Shown piece by piece: positions 26,517-41,344 of a stretch of DNA of 64,000 nucleotides. Position 1 is the first letter of the stretch; each line of letters starts with the position of its first letter. The position numbers and the translations under genes were made by a program. The stretch is from the NCBI GenBank assembly GCA_002104905.1, contig MCFE01000248.1:50842-114841 (forward strand), read 5' to 3'. This DNA is from Basidiobolus meristosporus CBS 931.73 (Eukaryota > Fungi > Basidiobolomycota). The notes beneath the pieces were generated by a model, which worked only from the letters and a program-made list of their open reading frames with translations, was not told the DNA's origin and did no database searches.

Positions 26517-27892
26517 TCTGTTTGCAGGCAACAACTAAACGAATGCCCTGTGTAGTGAGCAAAGTTATGGAGGTCTTGGAAAATTTCGGCGCCGTACAAA
26601 TCATTTATCAGTAAGACAGGAAATTCGGGAAAATCATTCCTTGACTCCTCTGTCATGAGTCAATCATAGTTGCACCATATTCGTATACATACATGATCTT
26701 GCAAAGCTGGCTACCTGCTTTCGCTGGTTATCAGTTTCTCATCATTGCAACCCTTTCATATGATAGCAATGCCCAGTGCCCTAAACACTGGAAGTGTTGG
26801 GTTTTGATTAATAAGCAAGAGATACCAGAACAACTCTGCTTGCTCAGAGATGGCTTATGCCGCGATTGAGCTCAGGGGCATGTATAGAAGAAGTCAAATT
26901 CAAGGTTTGACGCAACTCCGTTGATATTCCTAGCAATCACGGTAAATCCGGAGCAGATTACTGCCGAACGGCTGCCATTTCTAGACATGGATAAGGTTGC
27001 CGCTGTGGTATGTTCGATCGAAAACACTATACAAGAGTATATGCTTCATTCTGACACTTGGCATTGATGGGTGGGAGTTTGGATTTAATAATATGGCTTC
27101 TGCGACTTTAATAGACAATGGTAGCCAAGAAAGAAGGTGACCAATGAGTAATGCGTTTGAGTATACTTGCATACCTGGAGATTGGACATCAACGCGCGCG
27201 CCGCTAGCTGTAAAAGATCCTCCAACTCGATCGAAGTACACTGATTCGGCATGCCAAATGTAGGTGGACTCGAGGCTGGGGCTGAACTCCTGCACTCAAA
27301 CGAGATCAGCTTACGTAAGTCGCAAGTTCACAAATCTGTCCACCTGCAAAACCCACAGACTTGATTTATGAAACATCCAGAAGAACCCCCTGCGACAATC
27401 ACTATACTATGCGCTGTCACCTAATACTTGCTATCGCCCCAAGTGAATGTCCAACGGAGATCCGCTTGCTTGCTAGCCACAGCCCGAGCATTCTGGCTTT
27501 ACGCTTGGATTGAATGCACCAAGGTGAGTAAAGCCCTGAGCTACGGCACATGACATATGGCTAGGATGGAGCAAGATGTAGATTTATTTATTAAAGCGAT
27601 CTTGGTGCACGTCACATATAGAAGCCGTATATTCTCGAATCCATGAAGCACAGAGATGCTAGAATACTTGCTGAGAAATCAACCATTGGGCCAAGAAAAT
27701 GGTTTTCGGCGGATAATACGTATTCGGCAACCCAATGTTCCCTTGAACACACAAAACCACATCCTCCAAAAATGGCTGGCGACAGCGGCGAACTCGGTGG
27801 ACGACTCCTCATCCTCTTCATAATTTATCCCCCTTGTCAGTACTTGTTCTACGGTAGAGAATTCTTCTCACGAAAATATACATCAAATCCAC

Positions 27893-30776
27893 TTATATGA
27901 AACTCGGGGCAGTTCCACTAGCGTTTACCAAAAATCTATAGTATGTTCGACAATATTCGACCAGGATCGTTCTCCAATTGTGCTGCATTGTGGATACGTT
28001 GTTTATGTGGGCGTTGAGGATGGGTCGTATCTCTCGATCGCCTATCTTCCCATTGAGTTCGAGATTAACCACACCACTCAGCCTGGAAATCATGTATAAG
28101 AAATCTGTGTCTAAAATAGAGGAGTCATGTTGGTAATTTTGGATTTGGCCATTGAGGGGTACGCTGGATTTTACCGAAGACATATCGAAAGAAATCTGGG
28201 AACTCGAAGCGACCGCGCTTTAGGATCATGTCATAGATCATCTCGATTTTCTTGTTTCGGTCGGTAGATAGAAACTGGCTTAAAACCAATAGACAGCTGA
28301 TTGTTGTGTCACGTGGCCCCTGCTGATAAATCTCTTGCTAGAATAATGAAAGAATTAGAATCATGATTACTTCCACCCATGAGCTCTTTAAGTCACCTCA
28401 ATTCCCTGCACTATGTACTCCAGACAGAGGGCTCCTAGAGCTTCGGGATATATCGTTTTCAACCCATTCTTGCAATGCCTGACATCTGTACGATCCAGAG
28501 AGTTGAAAGGCATGGCCCCAACAATGGCAAAAAACTCGGTCACTGCCTCCTATTAAACAATAATGTGAATCAACGCTTGCATTGAAGAAAGCAACTTCAC
28601 GGATAGCGCTTACATTGAACTTGGACTCGGTTAGATAACACAGCCCGATGGAGAAGAGTAGCCGAAAGGGAAATATAGGCGAACATCGAGACTTGAGTAT
28701 ACTTAAATCCACCTTTCCCATATCCAGTACAAGGTTGTGGTCCGTAGATTGTGTGGAGTTGACCTTGTTCATGATGTACTTTTGAGTTTGCCAAGCCTCT
28801 TTCAATCTCAAGTTCAAGTCTCGATATAGAGGAACTGCTATGGATGGTAGTCCCTGTAATTCACTGTAGTAAGTAGTCTATCCATATGGGCAATAGACAC
28901 AGGTTGCTCGGTCACCTCAAACGTGGCTATGTCTCCTCTGATAAACAGCGCAGCATTCTCCACTACAAAGGGAAGTCCCATTCGTGGTATGGAGTTCTCC
29001 AGCTCTTACGTGTGGTTATTAGTATGGATTACTGAGCCAGCACTGTTAAGCAAGGTACCTTCTTCAAATTTATCCGATTCGTACTTTCCCCTATTGTATA
29101 CTGCTGTTGCATGCTTGAGAAACTCATAAACCTCGGAATCTAACCAATAACGCACAAGCTTAATTGTTTAGGCACCAAAGCTACTCAAGGCTTCGGGTAG
29201 AGGTTACCTGTTCGGTCCACTGATCTTACTATGCCGGCGTTACCGAAGGGATTCAGAGTGGAGGAGTCGCTGATCTTTGGACGCTTCGCAATGTTCCCCA
29301 AGTCCAGGATTGAGAGCGAGATTAAAGGGATAATGATCGATGCTGGATACAGATTCAATAATGTTAGCGTAGCAAGAAAAATTAAGCTAACGAAAGAAAT
29401 ACCGGAAGATTCATCGGTACTTTGTCGGTCAGAATTAATGATATAGTAATCGATGGCGAGCTGTATGAAGTAGCCGATATAAAACCGAGTTGCAACCTCC
29501 GATGGCAAAGCATTGGGATATGAATTGATGTAGCTGAAGAATCTATCTGGCGTAGAAACCACCGAATCGTCGCTAGATAGCAATTTTGAGCGGTTTACTG
29601 TCGCAGGACTTGAAAGTGGGTACACAATTAGTGGAATTACCTTGGGATACTAAGTATACCGCATTGCTTGACAACCATTATGAAGAGCTCGTGTAGCTTC
29701 GTAAACTCCATATTGGAGAGATAATATCCCTGCATTATCTCTAACCAGAGGTAAAACTGCTCTTTGGTAATATGAACGACTTCTGGATTCCCTTCAGCTT
29801 CGCTGCAATTAGCTCCAAGCCCCCTCACTCTGACTTTCCAACTGAATATGGTTGGAAGAATCGAATCGACTATGGTGTTTGACAACAATCAATCATAACA
29901 TGCGAAGGGAAGCAAGGCAATGTTTCTATACCAATTGTGCTACGAAACCCATTCACAGTAGGCAAAGGTTTGTTTTTCTCTTCCCCTGTAAGCGCTATAT
30001 CGATACTGCGTGGCTACGAAATACACATCAATATACACTCCTGAAAAGTCTTGGAGAAGCGAACTGCCTTACCCCATAAGTTGGAATCAGCTCGGGAAAC
30101 TGAGACAACGAAATGGAATGCAATCTACAGGCAGGCAGGTATTCACCAGCACGCTCCAGGGACACTTTGATAGGGAACTGTTGGTTAGCACCTATAATGT
30201 TAGGTCTGCATATTGGGATATTTGAATCACCTGCCGCACTAATTAATAATTGCTTCTGTGCTGACCTAGGTGCATTTCGGTAAAAGACTTTGTTTGGAGT
30301 GAGAAGGCTGAGTGAGTATCAGTAAGCACTAGGAGTAATGGCTCCTTGAATAGACATGGGCGACTTACTGAGATGTTCAGTTTGGCAATTGTGCAAAACG
30401 GCATTTCCAAGCTCTTGTAGATATTGGAGAAAAAGTTCGTGTAGGGGGTATTTCTTCTGGCTTCGAGGGGGAAATTATGTGAATATCAACCAACAAAATT
30501 CCGTAGGTTATCTACTGACATTTCAAGCAAATACTCTGCAGCAGCCTCGTATTTCTTCTGACGAACTGCAATTCTATGACGTAAAAGCTAGATAGAGATG
30601 TAGGTTAGCAGGATGTGGAGGAAGTGGGGGCCGATCGCGTCTGATACAACTTGTAGTTCAATAGACTCCGGAAACCTCTCTAGACCTTTCTCTAACTCTT
30701 TACGAGCTGCCGGAAATACCCCGTCTGCTACATGTTTGTCGATACGCTGAACGAGTTCTCTCAATTGGGCATTCAT
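27893..30776 (-). CDS. INTS10: Integrator complex subunit 10-like protein, many exons (exact structure uncertain)
   Basis: Reconstructed exons resemble human INTS10 as recalled, colinearly: LVQR..AA..L....FP...Q; LSQFPELIPTYG vs LRRFPETVVQHG; TVNGFRSTIVDSILPTIF vs PVNCFRKLFVCDVLPLII; GRFEFPDFFRYV and FLYM...GVVNLEL near the C-terminus. Confidence 0.68.
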
Positions 30777-33700
30777 GAGAATATTCTAATGTTCTCGAAC
30801 CTACAAAGGAAAGTTCTGAAGCTATCAAAAAGCTCAATCAGGTTCACCAGAAGAAAACAAATAAGCTTTGATGGAGAACAAGTATAGAAGGGATGCTTGT
30901 AAGGATTTTATACTCAATAGAATGATGGAATGGTACGAGGAACAAGCACCTAACCAAATATTAAATCGAAAGGCCATATTTTACGTATTTATAAGGCAGC
31001 GGAATCGGATTAACAACGTTAAGCGATTTGCTAAATCCAAAAAAGGAACCGCAAGATCAATAAAATAACCGTAAATTTTACGTAATGATCATACATAGCA
31101 TTTCATAATGCTTTCATTAGAAAAGAGGCCATTGATGGCTTACACCAAGCACCTAACACGAAGTTGTTCTACAATCCGAGCAACACACCAGAGGAACAGC
31201 GGTAACTCCTTCGCTGAAACAGCACTGTCGACGTGTGTATTCATTCCAACTCCATGGCGAGTGATTAAACTTGATAGTTTTCCCCACGTATTTCATTGAG
31301 CGCCTCCTCACCCCTCAGTTAGGTAATTAGCGGTAAAATTCATGGCATCGTTTTCACCATATTTATTGCACGATGCCCCTCTCATCAATGATGAAATCGA
31401 CAGTAGATCTCGGCCAAAATTGGGGCAGTCCGTTCGCGCAGCTCTGTCTTGAGATCAGACATGTGAAAGCTTTGGTGAATGTCTTGAAACATCTCCGGTC
31501 ACCTCTGAGTAGTTTCTGGGGATGATTAATGCGCAGATATGCCAATTTGGAGCAGTCAGCGAGAACTTCGGAGCTTTCTTGACTCATTGCAAGGTTTCAC
31601 CCTTCACTGAATCGATGGGTGTACCACACAGGATGCCAATGTATCGTAAGGCTCTAAATGCTGCCCAATAAACAAGCATATAAAAATCGAAATCCGGGGG
31701 AACAGATATGGTATAGTGTGCATGAATGGTCAAATTAGCCTGTAGACATGGGATATCCTATTGGATGCAGCAAATCCTCCTCTCTTGCTTCGAATACTAG
31801 CAACACAACTGATGAAAACGGTCCCCGATTTATAAAATAAGTACAAAAGCGGTGACACCAGTCAATAGATGGAACAGACCACTGTCCACAGACAGACCAA
31901 AGGCTCTAGCTCGATCCTGCCATATCCGTCATGGTAGCCATATATATTAGCAAGAACTGACTGAATCATCAACGCACTATAGTGGGACCTCGATACTTCT
32001 GGAATTCTCGAAATATCACATTCTGCTGCTCTCCAAAATCCCACAGTTTTGGGGTGAGCGAAGCCAACGCAGTCACCACTATCTAAATCCCACAGATGAT
32101 GGGTGGGCACGCATCCATTGATCCCGCAAATCCATCTGATTGGTGATGCTAGCTATTTTTGTTTGACCATGGAGTTCACCATCTAAATCCTTCGATCCTT
32201 GCAAGCACCTGTAATGGTGAGGTACTTTGTAAATTTAGCGCGCATCGTGATTGGAAACTCTTGCATATGCTGTAGCACAAGATGCGAGTACGAGAGGAAT
32301 ACGCTTAATCATTAATCCTTTGGTAAATAATATGCTATCTGACATCGCACACACAGCTTTTACATTACGCTCCCTGCCTCACTATACTGTCACTCCAGGG
32401 TTTAGCTGATCTTAGCAAAAAGGGTTACATTAAATCCGGATGGAATCAGTGAGATGGGTTATGTGGACTTGCTTCGCTCGTAGCAGCGTCCACGCTCCCT
32501 CGACGTGTTTGGGGTGGGTTAGTCTTCGAGTAGAACGGTGTCCAAAAGGGTTGCTCTATCGCTTTTTACTACACTGGACTCGCCACCGCAAGCCCATTGC
32601 CCGTGCGTTTAGAAGACCCCAAGTTGCGATGGTATTTCCCATACTAGGTAAGTCTGGGATTCGAGAAAACATTCACACCACCATATGTCTTGTTTGTATA
32701 GAAAGGGAGAATCCCACCAGATAGATGAGATTGGTCCCACAGTTAGCTGTATGGTGACAGATGTACATCATCTTTGGAACCTTGCCACATTGGGCCTTGT
32801 CCATCGTTTTCTGATATGAAATTCATTTATTTTCTACAGGTATTGATCTTGAACTTCGCCCATCCATTACCCAGTACCAACACAATAAACACAACCATTA
32901 ACTGATAAAAACACAACCGTCGCCTTATCGGGCGCCATATATCTCGATCAACAACAAATCAAACAATCATCGCATTCGGCAATAAGCTATCAAGACCCTC
33001 ACACAAATTTAGGTGTCCTGAGAAAGGGAGTAAATTGGAACTATCCACTGATAATGGACGTGTTTGGGAAATCCGGATTTGCTTACTATCGGTAATCTGG
33101 AGATGGTGATTTCGTGGATGAGCTATGCTTGAAAATCGGGGCCCTAATGAGGTTTATTGACCTGGCCCATTCCAGATGGGTGACGCAACACCTCACACAA
33201 AAGTGGCTGGTACTTGGTTTGGTCATTGCTCATACCCTTTGTAACTGCATCTGAGTTAATCCCATGATTGCCGTAAGCTGAAACAGAGATTCCATGATAT
33301 ACTGACCCGTGACACAATGTTTTCTCATCCATAATGAGTGTTCTAGGGAACCTCCGTATGCTTGTAGTCCACCAATGGCTTTTTAAAATGGATATCGCAA
33401 CATTCATGTGACGGATTAAGTGTGCCTTGTATCTTGAGGCCAGCTACACTTTCGAAGCTTCCCGTAAAAGACTTGAGTTCACCAAAATTAGCTTGGTTCT
33501 TATCTGAGCTGTGCTACCATACGCCAACGATTGTCTACGAGGGTGCTCTTAGTAACCGATCTGGTCAAAGCTTAGCGTTGAAGATCCGCTGACCCCTTTC
33601 ATCGTCCCAAAGGGAATTTTCCCGGTATGAAATGTGATCCCATCCCCTAGCCCAATGCTACTCGGTTGGGTAAAGCATAATCAAACATTGAGCATTCAAT

Positions 33701-33832
33701 TGGGTTTATTTCTGATTTGATGTAAGCACCATTCGGTAGTATCACCATTCAAAAAAATTCGATTTTAGTTACGAATCTATAAACCAAATTTCCCTAGAAT
33801 ACTCAGAGTCAACAGCTTATGTTCCCTCACTA

Positions 33833-36800
33833 ATGGACAAGGCGGAGATACAGGAAAATGAGCTTGAAGCCTTGAAGGCTATTTTCATGGTAAAAACGAT
33901 ATCTCATATATCACGGATCTCCACAACTATAATAACTTACGTCTATCTTGGGGATCGCGTTATTGAAGAATGACTTTGAAAGTATTAATGTCCAGTCTGC
34001 GTGGAATGTAAAGTTCTTTTCTGACCTCGTCTGTTTGATAACCAATCGCTGAGTATCTCACCCGCCAAATTTGTTTAGATTGTCCCTACAGAGCACGAAT
34101 TTAGATTACATTTGATTCCACATGGCGAAGAGCTAAAAGATTCAGTATGCGTGGACCTACATGTGAAGTAAGTTCCCAGGACTCCTCACAGCTTTTTAGT
34201 AAGCTGATGCTATAGAAGGTTCGATCCACTTGGATTTGCTTACTAAATCTCTAATCCATCAAAGGTTTGGTAAGAACTACCCTATGGTATTACCGGCATT
34301 GAAGCTTGAGAATTGGAAGGGCATATCTCTGGCGCAGATTCAGGAATTAACCAAGCAAATGAAGAGCTTTGCAACAACCTTGATCGGCCAGGAAATGACA
34401 TACGAAATAGCTACCCTGATACAGGATTTTATTACAGCTAATAATTCCGCTTTGATACCAACAATGTCGTTCCACGATCAAATGCTGAATAGATTGGAGC
34501 TTACAACCAAGGTTCTTGGACCATTTTTACTTCGTTCATTCCGACACGTGTGCTAAGTGTTGACGGATTACCATAGGCGGAGCAGGAAAAGGCTCAGATC
34601 GAGCAGCATCGACTCCAGCAAATACAGGAGGAGATAAAAATGAATGAGCAATTGAGTCTTACCAAAAAAATACAAGAAGACATACAAAGAAAAGAAGAAA
34701 AAATCAAAGAAGAGCGTCAAAAGCGAAAACAGATGAAAGTGAAAAATCTCATGGATACTGTTGCCCCAGAAGACTTGAATCTCACGAAGGTGTCCTTTGA
34801 TGAGCCCATTATTGTTGATCCAGATGATTCCCAGGTGTGCTTGGTAGCGATGCTATTTGTCATGAGCTCATTGATCTAACCGGTGTTTCTTATATTACAA
34901 CGCAGAATGCCACGTTTCAATCTGTTATCGTGTATCAGAAAATTGGCCAAGGTTGGTTCGGTTAGGGTTGTTCCAATTTACCTTCTGCTCAATTACTTTA
35001 TTGTTGGTACATAGATTCAGTTGGAGTTATGTATATGGTGAAACCCGTAGATTATCTGACTAAAGCCGGCTACCGGGATACCAATTTGCTCTGTCTAAAA
35101 GAGCTGGAGATTACGGCCCCGTACTACCAAAGCAATACAGGGATTGGAAAGGTAGTTTTCACCAGGTCTTCGCGAACTTATACGGTAGCTCGATAGTGAC
35201 TTTCATTTAGTTGCAACAAGTCAAAAAGGAACTCGAAAAGCTCAAAGGCCTTCGAAATAACCATATGGTTAGCATATACGGAGCGAAATTGGAGATGGTG
35301 GAGGCTGGTTGGAAGCTCTATGTTCTCAACGAATATGTAACTGGAGAAACATTAGAAAACCTACTGGAGAAGTGTGGCACTATCCAGCTTTCTCTTGTAA
35401 GGAAGTATAGTAAACAGCTTCTACATTCGCTAATATATATACACACTAGCGGGTTTGTTCATAGAGGTAAGCCAGCACAGGAAATTGCACAGATCGCAAT
35501 ACTAACTTACTGAATGTACTTTAAAAGACATCAAACCTGCCAACATCTATTGCACCGAAGGTGCCAACAAAACAAAAATTGTGAAGCTTGCCAATGTTAG
35601 CTATGCTCGGAGATTATTGGGTATGGAGTAATGCATATTCATCATCACGGTTAACGTACTGAAGGCTATCCTTTCGACAGACTTAGATCAGATATGCCCT
35701 ATTTCTCCAATTCTTTCGGAGGATGCTACATCAAGCTGGTGCGTTGTATATCTCGCGTCGTGGTGGCGTTCTTTCACTAATAATGAGCATCTGTATTTCC
35801 TGGAGTAGGCCCGCCCCAGAAATTGTATCACGACCGGACTTGTTTGGAAGGTACCTACCATAGAACTTCGTATTTTAGAGAGCAACTATCAACTTCCAAT
35901 TTACTATTAGGAAAACAGATGTCTGGTCATTAGGCGTGGTGATGGTGGAGATGATATGGGGTAGTCGAGCGACAAGCACATATCTTGACATCGAACAGCT
36001 TTTTGAAACCTGTAAGTCTGAGAATTGATTGCAGCACGTTAGCCGATTCCTAAATTGTATTTGCAAAGCTACATCCGAAATCCCTGATTCCTTACGCGAT
36101 ATTTTAAGCAAAATGCTTTCCAAGTAAGTAATGAACATCCTACCTACGAGAAGTTAGCACTAACCGCCCCGATCCAACTAGGGACCCTAAACTACGACCG
36201 GCAGCTGTGGAGCTTCTGGACCATCCCTTTTTAAGCGAAGACGACAGTCATTTGCATCCTATAACGTTTATGTTGGATAGTAAGTTAATAGACTGTCAGT
36301 AGTTATTCTGGTATGGTTTTATTCAACGTTTCAAATAGCCAAGATCACCCCTCCAGTGAGCACACCCAAAGGGCCGCAGGATATTGCTGGAGATTTAAAC
36401 TTCTCGCATGCGTTTTTGCATCCTGGGTTGACCCTCGACTCACCTTTATCTCCGTTAAAGAGTCCGTTGAACGCCAGCAGTGGACCTGGTTTCTCTCGGT
36501 ACAAATCGGATTTTGAAGAAATAGAGTTTGTGGGAAAAGGTATGGGGCTCCCATTTCACAAAAGGCTTAACTGGGTCTTTTATGTTAACCTCAACGTTAG
36601 GTGGGTTTGGCGAAGTGGTCAAAGCACGAAACAAGTTGGATGGACGGTAAGTAGGTTCTAGCTCCTCATTTGCAATATTGATTACTCATTTTTACGATCA
36701 ATAGATATTATGCGGTACGAGAAGAGAATATAGTGGTAGCTGCACAATTCATTAATACTTTCTATTGAACAAACAGATCAAGAAAATCCGCTTGAACCCC

Positions 36801-39800
36801 AGGGATGTTGATAATAATCGAAAGATTCTGCGCGAAGTGACAACATTATCCCGACTCCATCACCAATATGTTGTCAGATACTTCACCACTTGGCTCGAGG
36901 GTAGGTTGCCTGATCAGTATGCTAATGATTTCTCAGGCGCTGAAAATTGTTTATAGATGCTGACGGCGCGTGGATGGATAGCGAGTCTTGCAGTGAGTAT
37001 TCTGATGAGTCGGACTCCGATTCTAGTAACGAAGAAGAAGACGATATCAGTGTCATGTCTGATTTCCAATCGGATTTCCTAAGCACTGACCGAAAAAGGG
37101 CCTTAAGCCGTAGCTATTCAAGTATTCACTTTGGAAGCAAGCGCAATTCTCCTTTTCTCTCCTCGCAGGAAGAAAGTGACGACAGCCTTACCGAAGATAC
37201 TAGCTCAAACATGCAGGTCAGCTTCAAGAAGCCACCGAGCCCTCCGGAATCCTACAGAATTCTATATATTCAAATGGAGTTTTGTGAGAAGAAAACCTTG
37301 AGGTATATGCCTTTAAGATATAGTGTACCTCACTTCATGACTTAACGTAGGTAATAGAGATGTGATCGACGAGGGGATAGAGGTTGATGAGGCGTGGAGG
37401 TAAAGTTTATGCATCGATTCTTTTTCTAGTAGATTTTTACATTCCTCGGATCTATAACAATCCTGTTTTTGCAGGCTACTTCGTCAAATCGTGGAAGGCT
37501 TAGGTATGTTCGTTGGGTGTTATGTATATTCCTAGATTTTTATTAACATATCAATGTAGTTCACATTCATAGCCAGGTACGTGTTCTTGATACAATTGAT
37601 ATTGCTATGGAATACACTGACCGTCGAAGCAATCCGAACCTCATGTTATATAGAAAATGGTGAGATTTTGTGTAAAATGGTCTTGGTTGTGAGGCAAACT
37701 GTGTTTTCTAACTCCGTATCAGATTCATAGAGACCTTAAGCCCAACAATATTTTCTTGGATTCGAATGGTGATGTGAAGGTTCGCCTTTCGAGTAACCCT
37801 CGAATGATCGCCGTATTCTAACTTATATGGATAGATTGGTGACTTCGGTTTGGCGACCTCCAGCTATGCCTTAATGGATGCCAACGCTTCCAAGCAGGTT
37901 AGTTACGATGGCGCATTTGAAGACTCCATGACCTCAGGTAAGCCATACATCGCAAGACTTCTGTTGATATGGGTTTTGACCTTTGAATTCTCAGGTGTTG
38001 GAACCACGTTCTATGTTGCACCAGAGATAGCCGATAAAAGTAGATATGGGTCTAGGTACAGCCAGAAAGGTATTGATTTGTGTTGGTATCGATCATGAAC
38101 AGCCCCTATTAACTTACTATGTGTAAAAGTGGACATCTATTCTCTTGGTAGGATTGTTCTTTGTTGGTTGAGCTTCGTGACTAGAGTAGCTGAGTTTTTC
38201 ATCAGGTGTGATCTTTTTCGAAATGTGTTGTCCTTTCTCTACTGGAATGGAGCGAGCAATTGTATGTTTCTCTTAGCATCCATCTTGTCTGTATCTTCCC
38301 AATTTAATACCTTTTTAGGCTCTTGGGCAAATCCGTTCCCCGGAAATCGTTTTTCCTAGCCAATTTCCAGCTGATCGCATGAAGTATCAGGCTTACATTA
38401 TACGTTGGCTGTTAGCACACAATCCAAAGGATCGGCCCACAAGCCTCGAGCTCCTTAGAAGTGAATGGTTACCGCCAAAAATGGTTTGTTTTACAGTGTG
38501 CTTTCAGCTATGCTCGATCACTGAATCCTGGTCTCTTCAAACTTGTTAGGAGGATGATTATATAGAAGAATGTTTAAGAACTATTGGTAGGCACAAATTT
38601 GCTTATATTGGTTCACGAGCTTAAACTAATGCATCTATACACAGGGAACCCCAACACTTCCTTTTATAATCGCTTGATGAGCTCTCTATTCAGCCAAGAG
38701 CCGGATAAGCATAAGGATTTCACCTATGACTTCAACTCGGTAGAGGATCAGTTATTCGTCATCTAAGCCCGTCAATTGTTTTAATAACTTTTACGACATA
38801 CAGAAAAACAATGCATTTGATCAGCACAACGCGCTATTCTACGCTAAAGTTCATGACCGGCTTATTCGTATATTTAACCTGCATGCCGCCGTGGAATTGG
38901 GAACTCCTCTTCTTATGCCTAAATCAGATATTTATGATAGTGCACAGAAACCAGTCCATTTACTCGATGCCACTGGTGGTATTGTTCAGGTAAAGTCATA
39001 TTTAGCACCATGAGATCCATTTTTATGTGTACTAACCTCACTGCAGCTTCCATATGATTTGACTGTGCCGTTCGCCCGATACATTTCTAGAAATAATATC
39101 ACCCAACTCAAAAGATACACATTTGACAAGGTTTATAGGTAACGGGAATTCAACGCCCCCTTGAGTTAGCAGGTCGCTCATGCATGCTTTATTCTAGAGA
39201 AAACATAGTTGGTGGTCAACCCAAAGTAGTACATGAAGTGGATTTTGACATCATCCATAATATCCCTACCAATATGGTCCCGGACGCGGAGGTTCTGAAA
39301 CTGGTGGATGAGGTGCTGGATGAATTTCCACCTTTCCGGAATGCGCCATACTGTTTCCTGATCAACCACGGAAATGTCATCCAAGCAATGTTCGACCATT
39401 GCCGTATACCAGTCAAAGACAGACGGTCCATCTCCAACCTTTTGGGTCAGCTAGGTAAATCACCGATCCCTGCTCACCTACGAACTCAATTTGCTACGCA
39501 ATACCAGCTTTCCAAAGATACACTGGATAATCTGGAGCTATTCAATATACGAGGTAATCCCGATCGATCAGGTCTTTGGACGTATGTCCAACCGAGATTC
39601 AATGCTAACCTGCTGTATTGATCAGGGGACTTCGAGGTTGTGGTTCGAAAATTGGAAAACCTTATCACCTCAGACACTACCCGGAGTCTCATGAGGAATG
39701 GAATCGATGATTTGCGCGTTCTCATCAAACACGCCAAAAGTTTTGGTCTCCGGCGGAAAATTGTCTTCTATCCTTTCTTAACGTACGTAGTCTTAAACCG

Positions 39801-41344
39801 GGACCAACCCCACTCGGGCAGTCTTTCTCATTGCAGCCTCGATGTAGATACAACCACCATTATTACAAAAACGGGTTCATCTTCCAAGCTATCCAGGAAA
39901 CCCATCAGAAAGAGGTGATTGCGGGCGGTGGAAGGTAAGCTGTTGCTCAGCTATGTCTTGGGGGAAACGATACTAAGATGTGGCCTCGTTTGAAGGTACG
40001 ACGCACTGATCGAGAACTTCCAGCACCCCAGCAGTGAAAAGGTGATGAAGAAAGTATATGCCGTTGGTGTGAATATTGCATTGCAAAAGATAATATTGGC
40101 CATGTCACAATATCAATCTCAAGTATTCAAATCCCTCGTGACCAAGACTCATGATGAAGACCGAAGCTTTGGACTATGGGCTCCTAAGAAGGTAATGTGG
40201 TCATTGTTCTTGTGGGTTGGATGATCAAGCGCTGATCCTGGTTGCCGTCCACTGCCCAGTGTGATGTATTTGTTGCTTCGTTCGGAAAAATCCTTCTTCA
40301 GGAAAGGATCGAGATCGTCCGGGAATTATGGGCACATAGCATTCGGGCCGATTTCCTTTGCGAGGATGATAATGATCTGACTCCAGAGCAATTGGTGAAG
40401 GTGTGCAAATATCAAGGGATCAACTGGATCGTAATTGTGAAGCATCGTGGGCAGGAAAGCAAATCCGGTTTGAGGGACTCGGGAATGGTAAAGGTCAAGA
40501 ACGTGCTACGGAAAACGGAAACGGAAGGTATTTACGAATCTCAGCGAATCATGGATATCCCTCATTCCTGTACTCACCGCATTGCTTGAAACTGTAGTTC
40601 CGAAATCTGAGCTTTGTATATGGTTGAGCGCAGAGATCGCTGACCAACTCCGAATTGATTATCAAGTCTCGGGGTCTAAATACCGTAAGCATGACATCTC
40701 CTCCAATCTGCAAAACGAATTCGGTAAGCGTCGAGATGTCCGTGCGATCTGGAACTGTTCACTTGACTCATATCCCATAACCCGTGTCTAGCCTCCATGA
40801 GCTTCAGACATGATCACAACAGTGGAAGTAGCTTGCATACCGAATCCCACAACAAGATCGATTTTAATGTCATGGTATTGACACCGCAGACCAGAAGCAA
40901 AATGAAACATAAGCAGAAGCAGCTGATCATCGACAAAGGTACAATCCGCCCACGGCTTTGATCTCATGATGAGTGCCACCACTTACCTCCATCTACTATG
41001 TATGTAGCATTGAACAATGTGAACCAATTCGCGCTAGGCATTGCCAACGGTAGCGTACCCATACTTGCATTAGACGTCACCGAGGATATCCTAAGACGAA
41101 TAATGGATTGCGATATATTAGACGACGAGTCTTTCCGAAGAGGTACGTATTGCTATCGTTTACCACCAACACGATATACTCATCCGAACCTATGCCAGTG
41201 TTGGACATCACACCGCCGCAATATCGCGATTACCTCAACAACGTTCAGAACACACTGGAGAAGTTGAAGGACAACGATCACCACAAAAGCGTTTGGCTGT
41301 ATTCTTATCGCGATGATTGGAATGTTTTGTACGAATTCCGATAG
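33833..41344 (+). CDS. GCN2: eIF2-alpha kinase GCN2 (RWD, pseudokinase, kinase, HisRS-like and C-terminal domains), very intron-rich
   Basis: [14 protein letters not shown]; [29 protein letters not shown]; [12 protein letters not shown]; KIGDFGLAT; [11 protein letters not shown]; [13 protein letters not shown]; VIAGGGRYDALI. Confidence 0.96.

Noticed and set aside
26981-27821. Short minus-strand ORFs downstream of the INTS10-like gene
   Set aside because: No recognisable homology or coherent exon chain
31300-32850. Minus-strand coding-like segments (e.g. PPDFDFYMLVYWAAFRALRYIG)
   Set aside because: Could not build a consistent spliced ORF or recognise a family; may be a gene or pseudogene
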